Origin: Candidatus Multivoradales bacterium
Lineage (GTDB): Bacteria > Acidobacteriota > Thermoanaerobaculia > Multivoradales > J023
NCBI GenBank assembly: GCA_965248925.1
Contig: CBDFLE010000006.1
Location: 1,856,001 to 1,920,000 of the forward strand
Direction: 5' to 3'
DNA: 64,000 bases
Positions within the stretch are counted from its first letter, which is position 1, and every line of letters begins with the position of its first letter. Position numbers and translations under genes: made by a program. Under the pieces are notes generated by a model. That model ran no database searches, was not told the origin of the DNA, and saw nothing but the letters and a program-made list of their open reading frames with translations. Shown one piece after another: positions 54,367-63,753 of this stretch.

Positions 54367-55776
54367 ATGCAAGACCAGAAACTGCAATATCGAGGACCCC
54401 ATACCATCCTCCACTCCACCCCCTTACTGCTCTGCGGGCTGATCCTTGGCCTCCAGGTCGCCTGGCCGGCGGCAGCACTGCTACCACCCTCGGCGGCGGT
54501 CGAGATCGTCCGCGCCGTCGAGGCGCAAGCGGGCAGCAAGGACCTCCTCGCCGATCTGCTGTGGCGCCAGGACCCCGGAGTGCCTCTCTATCTGACAGCC
54601 AGAGAACTCGACGGCACGCCGATCAGCTCGACCCTCGTCGAGCCGACGAATAAGACCAGAGGCAAGGCTAAGCCTGGGAGTTCCGGCACCGTACCGGCGG
54701 GGACGCCGATCACCGAGACTCTGACAGCAGTGATTGGCGACATCGCCACCACCGGCATCCACATCCGCCTGACGGTGGAGACCGCGACGGGCGAGGTCTT
54801 CAGCAACCGCTACTCCTTCGTCATCGAGTGGGTGCCCACCTCCCAGGGTTGCGAAGGCCAGGTTTTCGGCCGTGCCGAGACGACAGCCGTTTGGATGGGC
54901 TACGAGCTCGACCTCCTTCTCGACGGAGCGACCTACAGCCACTTGGGAACCTACCTAGCGACTCTGCTGCTAGATGACAACCTAAATCCGGTGATCCGAT
55001 GCCAGACCATCTCCTTGCAGACCGAACTCGCCCGCCTCGATGACGACAGCGAAACGACTAGCTGCGAGCATTTCTGGCAAGTCGTGGTTCTCGGCCAGCG
55101 AGCTGTCAATGAGTTCTACAACGGCCCCTTTCCAGACGGGCGGCCCCGATACGAGGAGGCGCCGGTTGGCTTTGTAGAGCTACTTGTCACGGAGAAAAAC
55201 GCTGATCACTGCATCGACACGCTGGCGGTCGGCGATGGCGCCCAGGGTGGTGTCAAGTTCAAGGTGGCTCGGGTGACCGACGAGGCCCTCACCACCGAGT
55301 TCTCGGTGCGACGCTGGTTCGGCCCTGCGGCTTCCTGCAGCTGTGCAGGCGACATCGCGCAGTCAGCCCAGCTGACTGGCCTCATCTCGGCGCAAGCCAC
55401 CAACATCGGCCTTGGCTCGGCAGGCGCTTGGGCAGGGGAAGATCTCTACTTCACCCTCGATGACCAGCTGATGCTCTTCGCACGGCGGACGGCGCTAGTG
55501 CAACCCGGCCCCTTGGCGGAAGCTGCCGACTTTGTCGACTTCACCCGCGAGGTGGTCACCGAGAACGCAGCCGCGCCCCAGACCGGTTCGCTCCGCGCTG
55601 TCGGCGGGGTGGTGACCGAGGCCACTGGCGACTCCTTCGCTCGCGCTGACTACCGCAGCACCTACGTCTGGCAGCAGGACGCCACTTCGAACTGCACCGT
55701 GCTCGACAACGTCTCATTGATCCTATCGCCGGGTGTGGACATCGCAACCCGAATCAAGCTTGAGCCCTACCCCTGA
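54367..55776 (+). CDS. Secreted Cys-containing protein of unknown family, paralogue B
   Basis: AAGGAG RBS, signal peptide ending WPAAA, shared motifs CxxFWQ, RRWxG and TRIKLxxYP. Confidence 0.85.
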   Translation: MQDQKLQYRGPHTILHSTPLLLCGLILGLQVAWPAAALLPPSAAVEIVRAVEAQAGSKDLLADLLWRQDPGVPLYLTARELDGTPISSTLVEPTNKTRGKAKPGSSGTVPAGTPITETLTAVIGDIATTGIHIRLTVETATGEVFSNRYSFVIEWVPTSQGCEGQVFGRAETTAVWMGYELDLLLDGATYSHLGTYLATLLLDDNLNPVIRCQTISLQTELARLDDDSETTSCEHFWQVVVLGQRAVNEFYNGPFPDGRPRYEEAPVGFVELLVTEKNADHCIDTLAVGDGAQGGVKFKVARVTDEALTTEFSVRRWFGPAASCSCAGDIAQSAQLTGLISAQATNIGLGSAGAWAGEDLYFTLDDQLMLFARRTALVQPGPLAEAADFVDFTREVVTENAAAPQTGSLRAVGGVVTEATGDSFARADYRSTYVWQQDATSNCTVLDNVSLILSPGVDIATRIKLEPYP

Positions 55777-55785
55777 TCAACCGAC

Positions 55786-58317
55786 TCAGTGCGAGTCGTC
55801 GCAGGGCGCAGCCAGCGCCGCGGCAACTCGCTGGGTCCTTGGAGCAGTGCTACCGAGGTGGTGCCGTAGCACTGGCAAGCTGGCTTCGAGAGAGCGGCGG
55901 GCTTCCTCAGCGTCGCCTTGCCAACAGCGAGCTTGACCCAAGGCCGCATCGGCAAGCGCCTGCTCGAGGGAGCCTTCCATGCCCGCCGCGGCGAGCAGTG
56001 CCACCGCTTCCTCGAGCAGCTCGACCGCCTCCTTGAGAGTGCCCTTGGCGGTGAGGAAACCGCCAAAGTCGGTCAACAATCCAGCCGTCCAGGAGGCTGG
56101 TGGCCGGTGGGCTCGATGCCAGCCGAGAACGAGGCGATATAGCTCCTCGGCCCGCTGCTGTTGTCCCAACGCCTGGCACACCTTGGCCAAGGTGTGGCTG
56201 GTGCCGATGGTCTTCTGGTGCTGGCGCCCATAGAGACGGCTCTTGAGTTCCAACGCGGCCAGCAGATGGGTGCGCGCTTCCTCGTGCTTACCCCGCTCCG
56301 CCAACAGCCGGCCGAGGTTTTGATAGGCCACCGCCACGTCCGGATGATCCTGGTCAAAGACTTCGACTTTGACCCGCAGACCCTTGCGCAGCAGCTTTTC
56401 CGCTTGGTCGAGCTTGCCTTGCTCTTGCAGGATGATGCCGAGGTTGTTCTCAGAAGTGACGGTGTCGGGATGAGTCGGACCGAGCAATTCGGTCTGTCTC
56501 AAAAAAGCATCTCGCACTAACCTTTCGGCCTCCCCAAGCTCACCCACGGAAAACAAGATGGCCCCCAGATTCGACAGTGCCAAGACGAAGCTCCGCGGCG
56601 CCGCCGCCGCATGACGCTGCAAAATCGGCAACGCTTCTTCGAAAATGTCTCGGGCCGCCTCGCTATCTCCCTGGCGCGCTAAGACCAGAGCAACCTGAAC
56701 CCGAGCGTTGGCCACCTCGAGACTATTCTCTGCGAAACGCTTCCGCTGTAGGCTCAAGGCCGCTCGCCAGACCCTCTCGGCTTCTTCCAGAGCGACAATA
56801 TTGAAATAGATGTCGCCGCTGACCGTGAGCAGCTGCACCTGTATGTCGGGCTGATCGGCGAGTTCGTCAATACCCTCGATGCCACGGTCGAGAATCTGGC
56901 GAGCGCTCAGCTGCTCGCCACGGGCTTGCTCCGGGTCGGCATGCTTGAAAATGCCCACCAGGAAATCGACCACCGCCGTTTTCTGTCGCGCTACTTTTTG
57001 CGCCTGGTCGCGCTCGGCGGCCAGGCGGGCGGTGAAAAACACCACCAAGCTGGTGACCACCGCCACCAGGGTGGCCACTGCCGTTACCCCCGCGCTATGC
57101 CGGCGAGTGAATTTTTGCAGCCGATACCCGACGGTGTCAGGACGTGCCAAGACCGGCAAACCCGAGAGATGGCGGCGCAGGTCTTCGGCGAGCTGCTCCA
57201 CCGAACCGTAGCGACGGTCGGTCTCCTTGCGCAGGGAAGTCAGGATTATGTTGTCGAGATCGCCACTCAGCTGGCGGCGGAGTTTGGCCGGCGACGACGC
57301 GGCAGTGGGAATTGCCGGCTGCGGCCCCTCCGCCTCGCCAGGACTCTCCCCCGTGGTCCCGTCGACCGTCGCGCTGGGACGCCGCGGCTCTACCTCGCAG
57401 ATCAGACGTTCCAATTGACTTGGGTCACGGGTGGTCAAGTCATAGGGCAAGCGGCCGGTGAGCAGTTGGTAAAGCAGCACGCCGAGGGAGTAAACATCGG
57501 TTGCGGTAGTCAGAGGCAAGCCGCGAATTTGCTCCGGGCTGGCGTAGCGCGGAGTCAGCATCCGCAAGCCTGGCGCGGTGGGGTCCAGGGGCTCATTACT
57601 GGCCTCGGCCCGTAGAACCTTGGCGATGCCGAAATCGAGCAGCTTGGGGGTGCCGTTGGCGGTTACCAAGATGTTCGACGGCTTGAGATCACGATGAATG
57701 ACCAAGCTGCGATGGGCAAAGTCCACCGCCGAACACACCTGCGCGAAGAGTTCCAGACGGCGGCGCACGGGCAGTCTTCGGCGATCGCAGAAACTATCGA
57801 TCGGCTCGCCCTCGATGTACTCCATAACGAAATAGGGCAAGCCCTCCTCGGTGGTACCACCATCGAACAAGCGGGCGATATTGGGGTGGTCGAGGCTGGC
57901 CAGAATCTGACGCTCCTGACGCAGGCGGCGCAGGATGTCGTCGGTGTCCATCCCTTGGCGCACCACCTTGATTGCCACTCGCATGTGGAAGTGCTGATCG
58001 GCCCGTTCAGCCAGGTAGACCGTCGACAAGCCACCGTGCCCAAGCTCGCTCAGCACCCGGTAGGGGCCGATTTCCTTCAGTCCTTGGCTGCCAACTTCAT
58101 CGGCGGCCAATGCTAAAGTGTGGCGAATGACGCTCTCGAAACGACCTTCGGCTTTGTCGTTCGCCCGCAGTAGGTCAAGGGCCCTCTGCCGCAAGTCCGC
58201 ATCGCCGCTACATTGCTGATCGATAAAAGCCGGTCGCGCCGACGCTTCGAGTTCCAAAGCAGCGTAAAACAGCTCTTGCAGTCTCTGCCAACGCTCGGCA
58301 TCGAGATCGCCAGCCAC
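55786..58317 (-). CDS. Ser/Thr kinase-TM-TPR protein A
   Basis: RWQRLQELFYAALEL N-terminal extension, LGHGGLSTVY, VAIK, HRDLKPSN, DFG, YASPEQ, one TM, HPDT/HPDV-type TPRs. Confidence 0.93.
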   Translation of the reverse strand: MAGDLDAERWQRLQELFYAALELEASARPAFIDQQCSGDADLRQRALDLLRANDKAEGRFESVIRHTLALAADEVGSQGLKEIGPYRVLSELGHGGLSTVYLAERADQHFHMRVAIKVVRQGMDTDDILRRLRQERQILASLDHPNIARLFDGGTTEEGLPYFVMEYIEGEPIDSFCDRRRLPVRRRLELFAQVCSAVDFAHRSLVIHRDLKPSNILVTANGTPKLLDFGIAKVLRAEASNEPLDPTAPGLRMLTPRYASPEQIRGLPLTTATDVYSLGVLLYQLLTGRLPYDLTTRDPSQLERLICEVEPRRPSATVDGTTGESPGEAEGPQPAIPTAASSPAKLRRQLSGDLDNIILTSLRKETDRRYGSVEQLAEDLRRHLSGLPVLARPDTVGYRLQKFTRRHSAGVTAVATLVAVVTSLVVFFTARLAAERDQAQKVARQKTAVVDFLVGIFKHADPEQARGEQLSARQILDRGIEGIDELADQPDIQVQLLTVSGDIYFNIVALEEAERVWRAALSLQRKRFAENSLEVANARVQVALVLARQGDSEAARDIFEEALPILQRHAAAAPRSFVLALSNLGAILFSVGELGEAERLVRDAFLRQTELLGPTHPDTVTSENNLGIILQEQGKLDQAEKLLRKGLRVKVEVFDQDHPDVAVAYQNLGRLLAERGKHEEARTHLLAALELKSRLYGRQHQKTIGTSHTLAKVCQALGQQQRAEELYRLVLGWHRAHRPPASWTAGLLTDFGGFLTAKGTLKEAVELLEEAVALLAAAGMEGSLEQALADAALGQARCWQGDAEEARRSLEASLPVLRHHLGSTAPRTQRVAAALAAPCDDSH

Positions 58318-58320
58318 TGC

Positions 58321-58902
58321 TCAGGGGCTCGCCGCCATCGATTCGTTGTCGATCTCCTGATAGAGCCAGGCCTTGGCCATCTTCAGCTCGCGATCAACAG
58401 TGGACCGTGACAGCTCAAGCACCGCGGCGGTCTCCTGGATGGTCAAGCCGCCGAAGTAGCGCAGCTCGACGATCTTGCTCTTACGCTGATCGAACGAATC
58501 CAAGTCTTTGAGCGCGTCGTCCAACGCCACCAGATACCAGGCCGGCTGGGCCGCTATATGCGCATCGTCGAGTGGCAGGTCGGTGATCCCGCCACCCCGC
58601 TTGGCGGCCTTTCGACGGCGCGCGAAGTCGGTCAAGATACGCCGCATCATGCTCGCCGCGACAGCGAAGAAATGATTGCGATCTTGCCAGCCTAGTTTGA
58701 GATCGATCAGCCGTATATAGGCTTCGTGGATCAGAGCAGTGGTTTGCAGCGTGTGCAGCGGCCGCTCACCCTTCATGTAGTGGTGGGCCAGTCGGCGCAG
58801 CTCTTGGTAGACGATCGGCGTCAGTTGGTCGAGAGCTTGCCGATCGCCCGCCCGCCACTCGATCAACAGCTGGGTGATTCCTTGTAACCCCCGCTCCGTC
58901 AT
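58321..58902 (-). CDS. ECF sigma factor, TIGR02999/ECF43-like kinase-activated type
   Basis: ITQLLIEWRAGD, VYQELRRLA, HTLQTTALIHEAYIRL, MRRILTDFAR, ELRYFGGLT; ends 3 nt upstream of the kinase start. Confidence 0.93.
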   Translation of the reverse strand: MTERGLQGITQLLIEWRAGDRQALDQLTPIVYQELRRLAHHYMKGERPLHTLQTTALIHEAYIRLIDLKLGWQDRNHFFAVAASMMRRILTDFARRRKAAKRGGGITDLPLDDAHIAAQPAWYLVALDDALKDLDSFDQRKSKIVELRYFGGLTIQETAAVLELSRSTVDRELKMAKAWLYQEIDNESMAASP

Positions 58903-60224
58903 CGCCAGTTCCCTCGCCCTGGCCTGATTCGCAGCCAGGTCACTCTATCGCCCCAGTGATCGATGAAGGCCACCCAGGCGACCCACACAGTCGGTACCAG
59001 ATGGAAGTAGAGTCGCGCCGCGCTGGTGCGGATCCACTGCCGCGGATCGTGCGAGCCGGCCATGTAGACGAAGACGTAGAAACCAAGCTGAAAGGCAACC
59101 AGCGCCACCATCGGCCGTAAACGCCGATCGACCGCCAACAGAGGCAAGGTGAGCAAGACCAGACTCAAATAGTGCCAGTTGAGAGTCAGCAGACTGTGTC
59201 CAAGCTCCGCCAGCACGACCGCGGCCTTACTCCAGGCGAAACCACCGACATTGGCGCGCTGAAACAAATCGTGACGCAGCACCTGCAACACCCACGGCAC
59301 GACCATCAGCGCCGCCGGCCACCCCAAAACCCCCAGGGTCGATAGCGGATGGCGGCCACGCTGACGATAGTGGCGCAATGCTTGGATGGCGATCATCGCC
59401 GCCGCTAACGCCACACCTTCGATCTTGCTCGCTGCCGCGAACGCAGCGGCTACCGCCAAGAGCCGGTCCGCCGAGCCACTGAGCGGACGGCTGAGCACGG
59501 CTGCCGCCAGCAATACCGCCAGCGTCAGCAGCCAGTCAGCGCCACCCGCCGAAAGGTAGCCGATACCGAACATGGCGCCCTGCAATGCAACCACCGCCAC
59601 CGCGACATTGCGCGCCCATCGGCCGAGTTTGAGCGAGCGGCTCAACGCCCGCGCCGCCACCACCGCCAAGGCAAAGAATAGGGTGGAGAAAGCCAGTGCC
59701 GGCGCCACTTCGAAACTGCCAACCACGACCGCCGGCAAAGCCATTAAGACAGGCAGAAAATTCGGATAATCAGCATGAACATGCCCGTTCCAAGGCAGCT
59801 GCAAAAACTCTAGATCCACCCCGCCAGCAAGCTGATATTTCTGCGCTTTGATGCCCCAGTGATAGATAAAATCAGGGTTGGTGTTCCACAAAAGATGGGT
59901 GGCACCGGCAAAAGCCAGGCCCGCCGCCAAGGCGAGCCCATCACCCCATTCCAGTCCCCTCGGCAGGGTCAGACGGCGTGGTATTTCGCTGACCAGGATG
60001 GCCAACCCGACCGCTATTGGCAGAGCCCAACTGAGCCGCGTCCACGGCAGTCGAAGAATCCCCAAGCCGGTCGACCACAGAAAGAGCCCCAGCAAGCCGG
60101 CCAACACACACTCCGCCAAGGCCAGGTCACCCACCAACGCTCGCCGCACTCCACCGAGCCGCCGCCAACCGATTCCCAAGCCCGTAGCCGCCAGCACGAC
60201 CAGCGCAAAAGCGAGGTAACCCAC
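58899..60224 (-). CDS. Polytopic membrane protein, putative GT-C-fold glycosyltransferase
   Basis: DFIYHWGIKA, HADYP and KIEG motifs, many TM helices. Confidence 0.6.
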   Translation of the reverse strand: MGYLAFALVVLAATGLGIGWRRLGGVRRALVGDLALAECVLAGLLGLFLWSTGLGILRLPWTRLSWALPIAVGLAILVSEIPRRLTLPRGLEWGDGLALAAGLAFAGATHLLWNTNPDFIYHWGIKAQKYQLAGGVDLEFLQLPWNGHVHADYPNFLPVLMALPAVVVGSFEVAPALAFSTLFFALAVVAARALSRSLKLGRWARNVAVAVVALQGAMFGIGYLSAGGADWLLTLAVLLAAAVLSRPLSGSADRLLAVAAAFAAASKIEGVALAAAMIAIQALRHYRQRGRHPLSTLGVLGWPAALMVVPWVLQVLRHDLFQRANVGGFAWSKAAVVLAELGHSLLTLNWHYLSLVLLTLPLLAVDRRLRPMVALVAFQLGFYVFVYMAGSHDPRQWIRTSAARLYFHLVPTVWVAWVAFIDHWGDRVTWLRIRPGRGNWR

Positions 60225-60227
60225 GGC

Positions 60228-60665
60228 TCAGTCCTCTAGCGGCCGGATGCGGTAGAGGGTGCCTTCGAAAGACTCGTAGAGCACTTCCAGGGTGGGATTG
60301 GACAACCGAGTGCCATAGGCGATCCAGAAATCCGCCTGCACTCCATAAGCCGAGGTCGACGCCGTGCGCACCTGCTGCTTGGGCAGCAGGAAAGCACACC
60401 AGAGATAGCGGAAGAAACGCTCGCGATCGGGACCCGGGTCCGACGAAAAAGCCACCACGCTACCCGCTGGCAAGCGCGCTTCGAGCCGTCGCAGGAAACC
60501 CCCGAGGCGCTCGACATGAGCACTGCCCAAACGCCAGGTCGAGGGGGCCTCCGCGGTCCAGGGATCCGCCGTCGCCAGCCACCAGCTCGAGTACAGCTCG
60601 CGGGAGGCTCCCCAAGCGCACCACAGCAGCAGAGCTGCCAGCAGCAGATCAGCCCGGCGCTTCAC
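60228..60665 (-). CDS. Hypothetical protein with N-terminal signal/anchor
   Basis: AGGAG RBS, GTG start, hydrophobic N-terminus, 3-nt gap to the next gene. Confidence 0.65.
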   Translation of the reverse strand: MKRRADLLLAALLLWCAWGASRELYSSWWLATADPWTAEAPSTWRLGSAHVERLGGFLRRLEARLPAGSVVAFSSDPGPDRERFFRYLWCAFLLPKQQVRTASTSAYGVQADFWIAYGTRLSNPTLEVLYESFEGTLYRIRPLED

Positions 60666-60839
60666 CAGTCACTCCTGACCCGTGGCCCGCGGCCAGCCAG
60701 AGTGGAGGCTCTAGCGGCCCGCTGCAAATCACAAATTGGAATCATCGCCGTGAGCTTACCTCACGGCCGGCCGGCAAGGCACTGAGCCAGCCCCCAACGC
60801 CCAGCGCACGTGGGCTGCGATAGAGTGTGCCGACCACCG

Positions 60840-62246
60840 ATGTACCGCTTCTTCCTCACTTCCCTCGGCCTACCTTTCACCGGACCTTTCGCCGTGTTTT
60901 TCGCCATAGCTTTGTCCTTGCTACTGGCCAGTTGCTCAGCACCACTGCCGCCAACCGTGATTTGCCAGGACTGCAACGTCATCCTGATTCTGGCCGACAC
61001 CCTGCGCGCCGATCATCTCGGAGTTTACGGCTACCCACGGCCCACCAGTCCGCGATTGGACCAGCGAGCACAGTCAGCAGTACGCTTCAGCTGGGCTCGC
61101 AGCCAGGCCTCCTGCACCTTCCCATCGATGAACTCGCTGCTGACCTCGCGCCACACCTTCGAGTTCATGGACGCCACTACGCGACCCACCATCCCCTCCT
61201 CGGTACCCACCTTGCCGACCTTGCTGCGCGATCACGGATTCTCGACGGCGGCGGTCTCGGCCAGCCCGATTGTCCGCCGCTCGCCGGGCCAGCACAATCC
61301 CAAAGGCGGCTTTGGCGGCGGCTTCAAAATTTTTGACGAAAGCTGTGAGTGGAAAGAGGCCAGCTGCGTCACTGAACGAGCCAGCAAGTTGCTCGACCAG
61401 CTGCCCGAGCCCTTCTTCCTCTACCTGCACTACATGGATCCGCACGACCCCTACCGCCCCGAGGACGAGCTGCGCGGTACCTTCTCACGGCCCCACCCAG
61501 ACGGCCCGTCCTACATCACCCGCGGCAACCCCAACCCGGTGCGGCAGTTGATTCGCGACAACCTGGTCGACCAACACCTCGACCCGGACGACTTCGCCCA
61601 CCTACTAGACCTTTACGACGAGGAGATATTGGGGCTCGACCGCGGGCTCGGCCAGCTCTTCGACCAGCTTGACCACCGTCAGCTGAGCCAGCGAACGTTA
61701 GTAATTCTGGCTTCCGACCACGGCGAGGGCTTCTACGAGCACGGCACGGTGAAACACTGCTACTCGGTCTACGATGTCGAAACGCGGGTTCCTCTTCTCT
61801 TCTGGATCCCCGGCATCGCAGGCCCGGTAGAACGCCGCGCGGCGGTACAGAATCTGGATATCTTGCCGACCGTGCTGGACTATCTAGGCTTACTCGACGA
61901 CCCGCTGCCAGAGATTGCCGGCCACAGCCTGCGACCGATCATCGAGTCGAGCGAGGGCGGTGGTGGCTTGGCCTACAGTGCCGCCGGTGCCTACCGCAGC
62001 GTCAACGACGAGCGCTACAAGCTGATCCTCGACCTAGCCGCCCAGTCCTATCAGCTCTTCGACTTGCTCGAAGATCCGCAAGAACTGCACGATCTGCTAC
62101 CCGAGCGGCGGCCGCAGTTCCACCGCCTGCGCCAAGAGCTGGAAAGCTGGAACCGCTCAGCGGAGGGCGGCGAGGCCCTGGAGCGGCGTCTCGATCGCGC
62201 CCGCGAAATCGAGCAAGAGCTGCGCGCCTTAGGTTATCTCGGGTAG
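60840..62246 (+). CDS. Sulfatase-like (alkaline phosphatase superfamily) exported protein, possibly a lipoprotein
   Basis: NVILILADTLRADHL, CTFPSMNSLLT, HYMDPHDPY, ASDHGE, LRALGYL; LASC lipobox-like motif. Start uncertain. Confidence 0.88.
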   Translation: MYRFFLTSLGLPFTGPFAVFFAIALSLLLASCSAPLPPTVICQDCNVILILADTLRADHLGVYGYPRPTSPRLDQRAQSAVRFSWARSQASCTFPSMNSLLTSRHTFEFMDATTRPTIPSSVPTLPTLLRDHGFSTAAVSASPIVRRSPGQHNPKGGFGGGFKIFDESCEWKEASCVTERASKLLDQLPEPFFLYLHYMDPHDPYRPEDELRGTFSRPHPDGPSYITRGNPNPVRQLIRDNLVDQHLDPDDFAHLLDLYDEEILGLDRGLGQLFDQLDHRQLSQRTLVILASDHGEGFYEHGTVKHCYSVYDVETRVPLLFWIPGIAGPVERRAAVQNLDILPTVLDYLGLLDDPLPEIAGHSLRPIIESSEGGGGLAYSAAGAYRSVNDERYKLILDLAAQSYQLFDLLEDPQELHDLLPERRPQFHRLRQELESWNRSAEGGEALERRLDRAREIEQELRALGYLG

Positions 62247-62250
62247 CTGA

Positions 62251-62601
62251 CTAGTCGGACTTGCTGGGTGTCTTGGCAGTCTTGGCAGATGACTTCGAGT
62301 CGCTGCCCTTCGCGCCGTCCGATTTAGCCTCCTTAGACTTCCCATCGCTCGATCCCGAATCACTGGCGCCCGAGTCGTCCGATTTCGAGCCACCGCCGTC
62401 GTCCTTGTCTGACTTCTTGTCCTTGTCGGCATAGTCGGTGACATACCAACCGCTGCCCTTGAATTTAAAAGAAGGCGCCGAAATCAGCTTGGTTAACGAG
62501 CCACCGCACTCCTCACAGGTGGTCAGTGGCGGGTCGGCGATCTTCTGCAGCTCTTCGCTCTTGCGGCCGCAGTCTTGGCATTGATATTCGTAGATCGGCA
62601 T
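62251..62601 (-). CDS. FmdB-family zinc-ribbon protein with low-complexity tail
   Basis: [11 protein letters not shown]...CEECGG...[11 protein letters not shown]. Confidence 0.92.
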   Translation of the reverse strand: MPIYEYQCQDCGRKSEELQKIADPPLTTCEECGGSLTKLISAPSFKFKGSGWYVTDYADKDKKSDKDDGGGSKSDDSGASDSGSSDGKSKEAKSDGAKGSDSKSSAKTAKTPSKSD

Positions 62602-62744
62602 CGCTAAATTCTCCGTCGGTAGCGAGGGTCACGGCCCGTCTGCTCAGGGTCAACAGCTCAAGGGCCGGCCGCTGCTGCCGGTCAGTAGGCGGTCTAAGTC
62701 GTATCTTCGTGTGGATCGGGAAACAGGTCGCAAGCAACGGTCTT

Positions 62745-63530
62745 TCAGGGCCCGGAGTCGCTGCTGATCTTCTTGTCCGCCATGCGAATCATCACCTGGC
62801 CGGTCCCAGTATCTCCGGAGACCTTGCGAATTAGCTGCAAAACGCCGAAAGCGTACAAGCGGCGGGCGTTCTCCGACATGCTGTACGGCCCTTCGGCGCA
62901 GATATCATAGATCCGGCGACGGCCATTTACCAAGGTCAATAGCTGGTACTCATCGCGGTTCAGGGCGATCTCCACCAGATCCTCGGTGCCGTAGTTGGGT
63001 TTGTAGACCGTTCCCTTGCTACCTAGCTTGCCCACCAGGGCCTTGGGATCGGGGACTCGCGAAATCCCGCGCAAGATGACCTGACGCATCGGCAAGTGGA
63101 TCTTGATCATCAGCGGGTCCTCGAATTCGCCGATGCGGAAAGTCACTTCTCCCTGCTGCCAGGAGAAGACGCTCCACACGATCGCCGCCATCTGACCGCG
63201 AATCGCCTCGGCGAGCTCGTTAGGCGCCAGCAACCGATCCTCGATCAGCAGCTCGCCATGGCGCTTGCCCGACTGAGCCCGCTTCGCCATGGTCTGTTCC
63301 AGCACCGACCGCGACAACTTGCCACTCCGGTAGAGATGCACCCCGAGCCGGTCCGTCTTGTCGGTAGAGGTAGCATGGATGACGTTGCCGCTGCTAATGA
63401 AGACTCGTTTGTGGATCCCATCCTTGGTGAGTTCGATCAACCCCGGCACCCGATGCCGGTAGATCGTATAGAAAAGCTCCGCCAGCGAGGTCTCGGCAAG
63501 GCTCTCGCGAAAATGAAATTTGGTCACCAT
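62745..63530 (-). CDS. DUF4388 (PATAN-like) domain protein
   Basis: SLAETSLAELF, GNVIHATS, RLGVHL, VFSWQQGEVTF. Confidence 0.8.
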   Translation of the reverse strand: MVTKFHFRESLAETSLAELFYTIYRHRVPGLIELTKDGIHKRVFISSGNVIHATSTDKTDRLGVHLYRSGKLSRSVLEQTMAKRAQSGKRHGELLIEDRLLAPNELAEAIRGQMAAIVWSVFSWQQGEVTFRIGEFEDPLMIKIHLPMRQVILRGISRVPDPKALVGKLGSKGTVYKPNYGTEDLVEIALNRDEYQLLTLVNGRRRIYDICAEGPYSMSENARRLYAFGVLQLIRKVSGDTGTGQVMIRMADKKISSDSGP

Positions 63531-63753
63531 ACCTGGACAGAAAAGCGCTCACTCATCGGCTTGCTTTCCACGGAACCCAACTCCCCAAAGTAGAGTTCCT
63601 GGTCTTACTGCCTACAGCGACGGCAGAGAACGGCAGAGGGACATCGCGCTACAGCGGCTTCTCCACCATGTCGTACTCACGATATCGGCGCACTATAGCA
63701 TTGGCGCCGCAGGCGACCTCCGCGATGGCCGCCAACTGCGCTAGCATCACGAT

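Noticed and set aside
61105-61150. Formylglycine CxPxR motif in the sulfatase-like protein
   Set aside because: The sequence is CTFPSM, not CxPxR. This T-x-P-S variant is common in sulfatase-like proteins, so true sulfatase activity cannot be claimed and it is not unusual.
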